From Squalus acanthias (Eukaryota): a DNA stretch of 64,000 bases. The translations under genes and the position numbers were made by a program. The DNA is taken from assembly GCA_030390025.1 (NCBI GenBank), contig CM059432.1, positions 109,432,001-109,496,000 of the forward strand, in the 5' to 3' direction. The notes beneath the pieces are model-generated. The model searched no databases. It was not told the origin of the DNA and saw nothing but the letters and a program-made list of their open reading frames with translations. This document shows, piece after piece, positions 52,745-64,000 of the stretch (its first letter is position 1; every line of letters begins with the position of its first letter).

Positions 52745-54009
52745 GGTGATACAACTTTAATGTGTTACCAAGTGACCAAGGTTGGGAACTAAATATTCCA
52801 GGACTTTTGACTTTTAGAAGAGACAGGGAGAATGGAAAAGGAGGCGGGGGGGAGGGGGGGTGTGGTAGGCCTGATAATAAAGGAGGGGATAAAGACAGTA
52901 GAGAGAAAGGATCTTGGCTCGGAAAAACAAAATGTAGAATCAGTTTGGGTGGAGCTAAGAAACAACAAGGGGCAGAAAGCTAAATTTAGCGCCCAGGCGA
53001 TGTTAGCGAGCCAAAATGTTCGCTAACTAATTTCCCCCCCGTTGTGTCTGTCTTCACGAAAGAAGATGCAAAAAACATTTCAGAAATAGTGGAGAACCAA
53101 GGGTCTAGTGAGAATGAGGAACTGAAAGAAATTAGTATTAGTAAGGAACTAGTACTGGAGAAATTAATGGGACTAAAAGCCGATAAATCCCCTGGACCAG
53201 ATGGCCTACATGCTAGGGTCTTAAAAGAGGTGGCTATAGAGATAGTGGATGCATTGGTTGTCATCTTCCAAAATTCCATAGATTCTGGAACCATTCCCGC
53301 GGATTGCAAGGTAGCAAATGTAACCCCACTATTTAAGAAAGGAGGGAGAGAGAAAATGGGGAACTACAGACCAGTTAGCCTGATATCAGTAGTAGGGAAG
53401 GTGCTAGAATCTATTATTGACGTGGTAACAGAGCCCTTAGAAAATAATAATAGGATTGGGCAGAGTCAACACGGATTTATGAAAGGGAAATCGTGTTTGA
53501 CAAATCTGATAGCGTTTTTTGAGGTTGTAACCAGCAGGATAGATAAGGGGGAACCAGTGGATGTGGTGTATTTTGATTTTCAGAAGGCATACAGAAGGTG
53601 CCACACAAGAGGGTAGTAAATAAAGTTTAGAAGAATGAGAGGTGATCTCATTGAAACATACAAAATTCTTACAGGGCTTGACAGGGTAGATGCAGGGAAG
53701 ATGTTTCCCCTGGCTGGGGAGTCTAGAACCAGGGGTCACAGTCTCAGAATATGGGGTCGGCCATTTAGGACTGAGAAGAGGAGAAATTTCTTCACTCAGA
53801 GGGTGGTGAATCTTTGGAATTCTCTACCCCAGAGGGCTGTGGAGGCTCAGTCGTTGAGTATATTCAAGGCTGAGATCGATAGATTTTGGATATTAAGGGA
53901 ATCAGGGATATGGGGATAGTGCAGTAAGGTGGAGTTGAGGTAGAAGATCAGCCATGATCTTATTGCAGGCTCGAAGGGCCGAATGCTCCTATTTCTTATG
54001 TTCTTATGT
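52745..54009 (+). mobile_element. CR1 with large internal deletions
   Basis: EN piece (WELNIPG..ELRNNKGQK), RT piece 53044-53616 and 3' piece 53626-54009. Confidence 0.88.
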
Positions 54010-54624
54010 ACCAAATCATCTCCAAATTTCTGCCTAAATTCCACACTAGTTTTCCTGATTTATGCCCTAAAATTGGGCAGCGGTGTAAGGATAGGCACGG
54101 ATAGATTATTGAATACAATAAACAAGTTGCCCTTATTTAATATTGAGCTAGAGTTGTTAGGTTAAAACACACTTCAGAAAGACACACAGATGTATCAGAC
54201 AGGCTTTTAGCACAGCGTGGGTGGGGGGGGGGGCAGGGTGGAATGTGAAGAAGGAATGTCAATTGCTGAATGGACTCCCGTGTAGATAAGGGAATACGGT
54301 TCTTTTGTAATAAAGATTAGAAGAGCTAAGACATCAAAATTATGCACAACATATGGTAAAAGCTAATAGCATCTGTATCAACAGCATGCATACAGAGAGG
54401 TAATGATGACATACGGTACACATATTGTCCTACTTAATTAAACCTATAAAAATACAACACATTGGAGCTGCTAGTGAACTCTTTCTGAGGCTAGTATTAG
54501 CAAACATGAAAAAAAAATTTGCACATGAGTTATAATAGGCATCAATCTCATGCATTGTAAGGGATTATGTTTCACTATATCATTAACTTGATTTAATAAA
54601 AAATATTATAAAATATTATTTCCT

Positions 54625-56800
54625 TGGACGAAATACTGAGGGTAGCAAGGGCACAAAATATACTTTGGGTGGGAGACTTCAATGTCCATCACCAAGAGTG
54701 GTTCGGTAGCACCACTACTAACCGAGCGTGGCCGAGTCCTGAAGGACATAACTGCCAGACTGGGCCTGCGGCAGGTGGTGAGAGAACCAACACAAGGAAA
54801 TAACCTACTTGACCTCGTCCTCACCAATCTACCTGTCGCAGATGCAAGTGTCCATGACATGATTGGTAGCTGTGACCACTGCACGGTCCTTGTGGAGACC
54901 AAGTCCCATCTTCTCACCGAGGACACCCTCCATCGTGTTGTGTGCTACTGCCACCGTGTTAAGTGGGATAATTAAGAACAGATCTAGCAGCTCAAAACTG
55001 GGCATCCTGCTGTGGGCCATCAGCAGGCGTAGAATTGTATTCCACCACAATCTGTAACCTCATGGCCCGGCATATCCCTCACTCTACCATTACACATAAG
55101 CCAGGTGATCGACCAGGTTCAATGAGGAGAAGCACCAGGAGTACCTAAAGATGAGGTGCCAACCTGGTGAAGCTACAACACAGGACTACATGCATTCTAA
55201 AAAGCGGAAGCAGCATGCTATAGACAGAGCTAAGCGATTCCACAACCAACGGATCAGATCAAAACTCTGCAGTCAAGCCACATCCAGTCGTGAATGGTGG
55301 TGGACCATTAAACAACTAACGGGAGGAGGAGGCTCCATGAACATCCCCATCCTCAACGATGGAGGAGCCCAGCACACGAGTGCAAAAGACAAGGCTGAAA
55401 CATTTGCAACCATCTTCAGCCAGGAGTGCCGAGTGGATGATCAGGCTCGGCCTCCTCCTGAGGTCCCCACCATCACAGAAGCCAGTCTTCAGCCAATTCA
55501 ATTCACTCCACATGATATCAAGAAATGACTGAACGCACTGGATACAGCAAAGGCTATGGGCCCTGACAACATCCTGGCTGTAGTGCTGAAAACCTGTGCT
55601 CCAGATCTAGCTGTGCCTCTAGCCAAACTGTTCCAGTGCAGCTACAACACTGGCATCTACCAGACAATGTGGAAAATTGCTCAGGTATGTACTGTCCACA
55701 AAAAGCAGGACAAATCCAGTCCGGCCTATTACCGTCCTATTGGCCTACTCTCAATTATCAGCAAAGTGATGGAAGGAGTAGTCAACATTGCTATCAAGCA
55801 GCACTTGCTCACCAATAACATGATCACCGATGCTTAGTTTGGGTTCCACCAGGACCACTCGGCTCCTGACCTTATTTCAGTCTTGGTCCAAACATGAACA
55901 ATAGAGCTGAATTCCAGAGGTGGGGTAAGAGTGATTACCCTTAAGATCGAGGCAGCATTTGACCAAGTGTGGCATCAAGGAGCCCAAGTAAACTGAAGAC
56001 AAGATCCAGGCTTGGGGTGATCAGTGGCAAGTAACATTCACGCCATATAAGTGCCAGGCAATGACAATCTCCAACAAGAGGGAGTCCAACCACCTCCCCT
56101 TGACATTCAATGGCATCACCATTGCCGCATCGTCCATCATCAACATCCTGGCAGTTGCCATTGACCAGAACCTCAACTGGACCAGTCACATAAATGCCAT
56201 GGCTACTAGAGCTGATCAGAGGCTGGAATTCTATGGTGAGTGACTCACCACCTGACTCCCCAAAGCCTTTCCATCACCTACAAGGTACAAGTAAGGAGTG
56301 TGAGGGAACATTCTCCACTTGCCTGGATGGCTGCACCAACACTCAAGTAGCTCAACACCATTCAAGACAAAGCAGCCCACTTGATCACCAAATCATCCAC
56401 CACCTCAAACATTCACTCCCTCCACCACCGGCGCACCGTGGCTGAAGCTTGTACTATGTGCAAGATGCACTACAGCAACTTCTTCGACAGCACCTCCCAA
56501 ACCCGCGGCTTCCACCACCTAGAAGGACAAGGGCAGAAAGTGCATGGGAATACCATCACTACCAGGTTCCCCTCCAAGTCACACACCATCCTGACTTGGA
56601 AATATATCGCCGTTCCTTCATTGTCTCTCGGTCAAAATCCTGGAACTCGCTCCCTAACAGCACTGTGGGAGCACCTTCACCACAAGGACTGCAGCGGTTC
56701 AAGAAGGCAGCTCACCACCACTATCTCAGGGGAAACTAGGGATGAGCAATAAATGAGCATTGCCAACGATGCCCACATCCCGAGAATGAATTTTTAAAAA
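54625..56800 (+). mobile_element. Second CR1/L2-group LINE family, degenerate (EN end, RT start, 3' end)
   Basis: REPTQGNNLLDLVLTN, CDH and WKIAQVCTVHKKQDKS..YRPI motifs; internal deletion near 56000. Confidence 0.85.
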
Positions 56801-57039
56801 AGTAACCAGATGTTTTCAGTGTTTCCTAGTCCCAGAACTTGTATTAGAGGTAAAGGATGTATGACAACATCCTATAATATCTTCACTTAAGAGCAATAAG
56901 GATATTAGACAATATCCTATATAAACCCAACAGAAGGTGAGCAGAAATCTGGAGAGAGTCCCCTAGAGTGCCATATAAGGCAAACTACCTTGCACTCATC
57001 TCATACAGCAAAAGCTGCACTTTGCCATCAATCAAAGGG

Positions 57040-58063
57040 AGGGGTGGGGGTGATGGGGGTTCAGGTCCTGCGGCCTACCTTCACTTGCCCACATATTTTT
57101 GCACTCCCTCACCAAAGTTTTTTTTACCTTCCATTGATTTTTAACCCAAATGTATTTATATTTTTTTCTCCATATTTATCATTATGTGGCCACATTCCTT
57201 TAAAAACCTGCTGCAGTCCTTTGTATAAGTGCAGCAGTGCAGGAAATCACACCTGCCCCACATTGTACTCTGGGATCTTGCAATGAATTGCAAATTGAGG
57301 CTAGCCCCAGAAGATCGAGCAGGGTCGGCCATACGCAGTAGGTACAAAGCCTGCTGCACTTCACTTCACCTGAATAGCCTTGCGATGTAAGTAAGGTTTT
57401 TAAAAATAATCTGCCAAAAAGAAAGAAGGAGCACCCTTATCTACAAACAAAGATCTTTATCATGTCACCAGGGCGTCCCAAAGCACTTCATATCCAATGG
57501 ATTACCTTGAAGAGGAGGGAGCAACACAGGAGGGGGGGCGGATCGTAGGCCTGGGAGGGGCAATCATAGGCCGGGGGCATTGGAGGCCTGGGGAGGGGAG
57601 GCCTCGTGGGGGGATCGGAGGCCGGGGGTGAGGGTCAGAGGCCTTGGGGGGGGGGGGGGGGGGGGTGGTGGTCTCCCGATTGTAGGGGTTAGGTTAGGCA
57701 GGGACGCTGGATCCAGTATGTAAGTGTAATGGCACTTACCTCCTGGATCCAGCAGTTTTCTCCTTGCATTAGCTGGTGGGTTTCACGAGGCCTGCAAAAC
57801 CCGACCAGCTAAAGTTAAATTCAAAATGGAGGGTAAAGCAGAGGCTTCCAGCCTCATTATAATAATTAAATAGACGACCCGCCTCCTGGCAATGCATTGG
57901 CTGCCCACCCCCTCCCCACCCCTCCCCTCCCCGCTGTCCCGTCTCCGTTAAAACCGGAAACGGGCAGTTTGGAGGCGGATTGAGGTTGGGATTCGGAGTT
58001 TTAACACTTTAACTACCCCCACGCCCCCAACCCATCCGTTTTTTTAGGTTAAAATTCCACCCA
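57040..58063. mobile_element. Non-coding TIR element related to 62741-63484
   Basis: 57790-58063 is homologous to 63250-63484 and ends ttaaaattccaccc. The left end is uncertain. Confidence 0.55.
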
Positions 58064-58084
58064 GTGTGCAGCTTTCTTTCTCAC

Positions 58085-58780
58085 GGCCAAAAAGGTCGGT
58101 TGCTTTGCGCCTCCCGTTAGTCCCCTGAGAGGGCGCTAGCGGGGCGCAAAGCAACTAGCACCTGGGCGCGATGCCGCCAATGCCTCCCGTGAAATTCAGC
58201 GGGAGGTTAGCGGCGGCGGTAACTGTTAGCACCCTGAGGCGCTGTACCGCCGGCGATGACGTCATCGTCGTGCGCAGCGCCCCACTCGCGATCTTTGGTA
58301 GCGCCCCCGACTTACTGCCGGATGCTATGTCCGACGGGGTCAAGGGGGCCTACCTGCGGCTGGGGCGGCGCTAATTAAAGACGAGGTGCCGGGTGGCCAT
58401 TTTTGTTGCTGGCCGCCTGCCAGCACCTGCCCCCTCGGCCGTCCCCAACCTCCTCTGCAGCCTCCCCGCGGAGTGCCGGCTGCGCTCCGTGAGCCCGGCA
58501 CTTCTCTTGAGTGCCGGGCTCTTTTGCCAGCACTCCGATCCCTGGTGGCTCAGCTGGGCCCCGGGTTGCACTGTGCAAGGCCCCTCCCCTTTAAGAAGGG
58601 GAGGAAGGCCTGCAGTACCGCGGTACGTAGCGCCGTGATATTCACTCGCAGCACCCCAAGAGGGAGGTGGGGCGCTTCCAGTAGCACCCCGCTTCCCTCT
58701 TGGGGCGCTACCGGTGAATTTCGGCCACGGGGGCGCGAAAACTAGAGCCCTGGCAAAGTTAGTGTCCCAATTTTTCCCCC
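58085..58780. mobile_element. Harbinger-type MITE related to 28706-29599
   Basis: The start resembles the reverse complement of 29500-29590; ends aatttttccccc. Confidence 0.65.
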
Positions 58781-59049
58781 TCTCTTAATGGAAGTCCCAC
58801 TGCATGTGGCAGTGTTTATATTGTCACTGTCTAATATGTTTCTTTTAACTGTTTGCGCAAAATCATTTTTAAATGAATCGACAGACCAAATGTGTGCCAG
58901 AAGTGGCTTTGCCATGGTAACCGGAGAGCCACAATCCATCAAATCTGTATCGGGCATTTCAGCAGCAGCTGATACAGCTTTAAAATGGCACGGCTTTCCC
59001 TGACTACGGGATCGGTCACAATTTGATTGCAGAATGCTATCAACTCCGT

Positions 59050-59680
59050 AACATTGCCCATCTTCGCCCCTGCCTCAGCACATCTTCTGAAACCCTCATC
59101 CATGCCTTTTGTCACCACCTGATTCAACTCCCAATGCTGTCCTGGCTGACTCCCAGCCTCTACCTTGTATAAACTTCAGCTGATCCAAATCTCTCCTGCC
59201 TGTAACCTATCAAACACTAAGTCCTGTTAACACATCACCCATGTGCTCGCTGACTTACATTGGCTCCCAGTCCAACACCTTGATTTTAAAATTCTCATCC
59301 ATGTGTTCAAATCCCTCTATCGCCTCGCCCCTCCCTAGTTCTGTAACCTCCTTTAGCCCTACAAGCCTCCAGGATCTCTGCATTCCTCCAACTCCGGCCT
59401 CTTGTGCATCCCCCACTCCATTTGTCCCACCATTGGTGGCCGTGCCTTCAGCCGTTTAGGCCCTAAGCTCCAGAATTCTCTCCCTAATCCTTTCAGTCTC
59501 TCAATCACCCTCTACTCCTTTAAGGCCCTCCTTAAAACCAACCCCTTCGACCGAGCTTTTAGTCACCCCGCCTTGTATCTCCTTCTTTGGCTTGGTGTCA
59601 ATTTTTTTTGATTACGCCTCTGTGAAGAGACTTTTATTTTTCTATGTTAAAGGTGCTATATAAATGCAACTTGTTGTTGT
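59050..59680 (+). mobile_element. L2 LINE 3' fragment
   Basis: ctcatccatgcctttt.., ..tggctcccagtcc.., ggtggccgtgccttcagc motifs; tail ctatataaatgcaacttgttgttg. Confidence 0.8.
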
Positions 59681-59764
59681 AATCTTTTTACCAAAAAGTG
59701 TTAATGTTCCTTCACATTGCCAGATTTGGTGTGCCTTATAATAACTAAAATGAATCTCGCTGCA

Positions 59765-62354
59765 CGTAAAATTCAGTGTTATTGTTCAAAGAAAGGACGG
59801 GAGCACTAAACCAAACGCTAATGACCTAGCTCAGTGGCGTTAGACTCAAAGCACTAAGCAATTTCAGGTGCAGTCTAATCGCTAGTCATCATTGCCACAG
59901 GCTCTTTCCATTTCGTAAAGGGGAGGTTCAATCATGCTGCAGAACCTCATTCTCAGCACTGCTGGTTCTGCAGCTGTCTCAGCAAGCAGCAGAAGGCCAA
60001 GGAGAAGGAACCGGACCACTGAAGGAGGTGTCATTATGGCAGATCAACGGCCCAGGGAGAGAACTCGCAGATTCTGTGACCAAGTATTGGAGGCCTTGGT
60101 CCTCGCTGTGGAGAGACGGAGGGCGGTGTTGTACCCGTCAAGTGGCAGGAGGCCCTCACCACAAGTCACCCGCACCATGTGGAGGGAGGTAGCCCAGCAG
60201 GTCTCGGGCAGCACTGTGATCCCCAGGACCCACACACAGTGCAGGAAGAAATTTAACAACCTCACTCGGGTGCTCACATTGAGTCAATGCTTCAACAAAT
60301 GCTACATACCACCATCTGAACCTCAGTCTGCACACACTGCCCAAAGCACCACACCCCCAGCACTCACCCACCAACAATCTCCACCTACCAACACTCACAC
60401 CCACATCTCACACCTTGCACACAATGACAGCTATTTAACTATGGCAGGCACATCTCCCAAACACATTGTACCACACTCACTCACATACTTTCCTTTCTCT
60501 TGCAGGCCAAGGTCGCTCACAACAGGAGGGTGCAGGAGCACACAGGTGGGGGACAATAGAATCATTGAAAGTTACAACACGGAAGGAGGCCATTTCGGCC
60601 CATCGTGTCCGCGCCGGCCAACAAAGAGCAATCCAGCCTAATCCCACTTCCCAGCTCTTGGTCCGTAGCCCTGCAGGTTAGAGCATCCCAAGTGCACATC
60701 CAAGTACTTTTTAAATGTGGTTAGGGTTTCTGCCTCTACCACCCTTTCAGGCACTGAGTTCCAGACCCCCACAACCCTCTGGGTGAAGACATTTCCCCTC
60801 AAATCCCCTCTAAACCTTCCATCAATTACTTTAAATCTGTGCCCACTGGTTTTTGACCCCTCTGCTAAGGGAAATAGGTCCTTTCTATCTACTTTATCTA
60901 GGCCCCTCATAATTTCATACACCTCAATAAGGTCTCCCCTCAGCCTCCTCTGTTCCAAGAAAAACAGACCCAGCCTATCCAATCTTTCCTCATAGCTAAG
61001 ATTCTCTACTCCCGGCAACATCCTTGTAAATCTCCTCTGTACCCTCTCTAGTGCAATCACATCTTTCCTGTAATGTGGTGACCAGAACTGCACACAGTAC
61101 TCTAGCTGAGGCCTAACTAGTGTTTTATACAGTTGAAGCATAGCCCCCCTGACACCCAACCACTTTCTGAGCTGGAGGAAAGAGTGCTGCAAATCATTGT
61201 GTGCCAGGTGGTGGGTGCCGTGGCCACTGGCGACGTTGACCCCCTTGGGATCAACAACAGTATGTTCATCCCGACTCCTTCTTCTCACATCCCACTTCCC
61301 CCTCACCCCGCAAGGCTTTCCCACTTTCCAGCTAATCATGCTGTATGCATGCCTTTCTCCCTTCCTGCCCCCCTCCCCCTCCCCACCTTAACCCGATTCT
61401 TGTGTCTTTATGCTTTCAGATAACAAGCAAGTAGCTGAGTAGCCTGTCCGAGGGTACCATAGAGAGCGAGGCGGAAGAAGAGGAGGACGAAGAACACACC
61501 GCGTCACTGCATGTCTCACCTGCAGGCACCAGCTCAGATACTGGCACTACGCATTCTTTAGAGGCTAGTATAGTAACGGGATCTGCACAGGGTGCTGCAC
61601 CAGGGACGAGCAGGCTGCAGCAAGGCCAGGGGGAAAGGGTAGCTTGGTGACCACATCCTTGCTGAAGTGGAGCCTTCTAATGCACTGCTCCTTGCTTAAT
61701 TGGAGGTAGGGGAAGTGCTCTTGGAATACCCTCGGAGGGTAAGACCTCCTGTTGAGAGCTCTGATGGCCCTCCTCCCTCTGGCCACATCTTGCAATCTTT
61801 CTCGCTGCCTGCGCTCCCTCTGCAGTAGATCTTGGAGGACGAGGTCGACTGCCAGTTTAGCGCCCATTAATGTAAAGTAACAATGTGTAGCACTTTGAAA
61901 TAAATGTAACAAATTTATAGTAGCCACAACACTCCTGATACTAAAGAACCTTTAAATGACTGAATTAAACTCTTACACAATTGCAACCGGACAAGGAAGC
62001 AGTGAAACAGCACTAACCTGACAGCTGCGATTGATGCCTTTAAATATCACACCTGGAGCCGCCATCCGCCTGCTTCACGCCTCCTCTTCCTGTCATTGTC
62101 GGGGCGAGGCGCTAAGGCAGGGGGCAATAATCAATTTGGCTGATCGGGTGCTCAGTGAGCATTGCATGCTCACTGACGTCACGATCTGCCTGGCGCTAAG
62201 GCCCAGGTGCTAACTGTTAGCGGCGGCGCGAAGGGGGTGACTGGATTTGATAGCGGCGCTGGATTCGCCTCGCCCTGGCGCTACTTCATTAGCGCCCCAT
62301 TAGCGCCCCTGCCAGGTGATAAGGGGCGGCACTAACCAACCGAATTTCTCCCCC
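59765..62354. mobile_element. Internally deleted Harbinger H
   Basis: Myb exon (RRFCDQVLEALV..TQCRKKFNNL) on +, transposase N-terminus on - (RSYPPRVFQEH), right TIR gaatttctccccc. Confidence 0.75.
60557..61148 (-). mobile_element. CR1 3' fragment in Myb exon 2 of element H
   Basis: Closely matches 1948-2540 and 37023-37628. Confidence 0.92.
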
Positions 62355-62581
62355 AGCATCTCTTAGCAAGTGATGCAGGGTCTCAGAACCTGAACCGACT
62401 TTTAATGGATGGCAAAGTGAGTGTGCTGCTCCAGAGCACCTTCCCCAAGGGAGAGTGGTGCAGCATACCTGGGTTAACGCTGTGTACAGTACAGTACCTA
62501 CAGGTCCTGAGACATTATGTGGGAGAAGAAGGTAGACTTTAAGACAGCTGCAAGGTATCGACTACCCAACAGGAGCAGTAG

Positions 62582-62712
62582 GTTGTGACAAAGGGTCATC
62601 GACCAGAAACGTTAACTCTGTTTCTCTCTCCATAGATGCTGCCTGACCTGCTGAGTGTTTCCAGCATTTTCTGTTTTTATTTCAGATTTCCAGCACCTAC
62701 AGTATTTTGCTT
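62582..62712 (+). mobile_element. Solo Penelope-like 3' terminal repeat with a decayed hammerhead
   Basis: Homologous to 6299-6432. The core is mutated to GTGACAA while GAAACGTTAACT is retained. Confidence 0.8.
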
Positions 62713-62740
62713 GTATGTTGTGTACGTGTCTTGAGTCTCT

Positions 62741-63484
62741 GGTCGGAATTTTAAGTTTTTGACCCGCCTGGAGCGGGGGGGGCCCGGTAGGGTGTGGGAA
62801 ACCTGGAAGTTTTAGCTCCACAGCGTGCATGTGATGTCACGGATAGGTTCCCCACCTGGATGTCAGCCTGATTGCCAGGCTTGGCTTCCAGTCAGGCAGG
62901 GAACGCTGGAGAAGAGACCGCTTCCCCAGGTAGGTGTGAGCCCTGATCCCAGGGGGAAGGTCTGGTCCCTGACCCTGCGGGGGCGGGGGGGAGTCCAATC
63001 CCCGGGGAGGTTCATTCCCCAAGCCTGGGGGGAGGTCCGATCCCCGCAGGGCCCGATCCCTGGGGAGGTTTGATCCCTGAAGGAGTTTGATTCCTGACCT
63101 AGAGGGGTTGGGGGGTGGTGCTGATGATGGGGGAGCTTGGGGAGCTGGGGGGAAGCACTCCTGCTCTTCCCGGCCCACGAAGATTGCTCCCCAAGGCTGT
63201 CCTCGCCTCGCTGCAGCTGCCTGGAATCCCAAGGCCCGGGATCCCCGGCCAGCCGCAGTTAAACCTGGTCAGCAGGTTAAATCAGAGGCTTGCAGCCTCA
63301 TTATAATAGTTGAAGTGCCAACCCCCCTCCTGGGAGCGAATTGGCTGCCCGTCCACCGTCCCGCCTCCGTTAAACCTGGAAGTGGGCGGGTTGGAGGCAG
63401 GTTGGGGTCAGGATTCAAATTATTAATACTTTAACCTCCCACCCGACCCCAACCCACCCGTTTGTTGGGGTTAAAATTCCTCCC
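62741..63484. mobile_element. MITE with 14-bp imperfect TIRs and a 3-bp TSD
   Basis: ggtcggaattttaa/ttaaaattcctccc, with TCT on both flanks. Confidence 0.8.
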
Positions 63485-63760
63485 TCTGTGTTAGTCTGTC
63501 TCTCTGTATACTTGACTGTTCCTTGATTTTCAGTGTGTTTCTCTTGCACGCTCTCTCTCTCGTCTTTCGGTCTGTTTGTGTCTCTTGGTGTCCAGCTGTT
63601 TATGTTTGTCTCTTGTACTTTTCAGTGCATGTTTTGATATTTATTTTGTGTGCGTTTGGCTCTTGCTTTCTAGTTGTTTCTGTCTCTGTTTCTTTTTCTA
63701 ATGATATACAAGCATTGCCACACTCCCGATGACTCTCCTGAGGCCCTGTTCAATACTCAG

Positions 63761-63993
63761 TGCTAGTGGCCCCTGATGACATTTTGGAAATAGAGCACAG
63801 GGACCAGTGGCATGAGCAGGCATTTTGTCTTCTATCTCAACTCATTGAAGATATATTAGAGGAACTGCCAACTTGGGTTGCCTCAAGTTATATGGAAGGT
63901 GCAGAAGTGGAGTCCTGTGATGAATCCCTCTCCAATTATCCCGCTATCCCATGTAAAGGGCCGGCCCACGGTGTGGTTCCTCGGATAAGATAA
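63761..63993 (+). CDS. Unassigned candidate exon/ORF
   Basis: Open, protein-like acidic frame (DDILEIEHRDQWHEQAFCLLSQLIEDILEELP) after a CAG and a long pyrimidine-rich tract. No family recognised. Confidence 0.2.
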
Positions 63994-64000
63994 GAAATCC

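Noticed and set aside
60638..61339. 233-aa ORF as a host gene
   Set aside because: It is the CR1 ORF2 C-terminus preceded by antisense Myb-exon sequence.

Overview
Repeat-dense eukaryotic DNA. The LINE, SINE and Penelope-like families suggest a cartilaginous fish (inference). No host gene is confidently identifiable; only a few weak candidate exons were seen. Four components dominate. (1) PIF/Harbinger DNA transposons: two-gene elements with a HARBI1-like DDE transposase converging on a spliced Myb/SANT gene, plus MITE and deletion derivatives with 12-14 bp TIRs and 3-bp TSDs. (2) Many CR1 LINEs (one near full length), an RTE LINE, an L2 3' end, a second CR1/L2-group LINE family, Deu-type SINEs, and a Penelope-like element carrying a minimal hammerhead ribozyme. 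(3) A ~14 kb 19-bp satellite with higher-order structure, split by a CR1. (4) A 29-bp G/C-tract minisatellite. The most notable observations are a CR1 insertion that places an RT domain in frame behind a Harbinger Myb exon, two four-level nested insertion stacks, Harbinger ends marking deletion junctions in LINEs, and a TGACGTCA palindrome shared by divergent Harbinger subtermini. Coordinates were read by eye; ends without a TSD or TIR are approximate.
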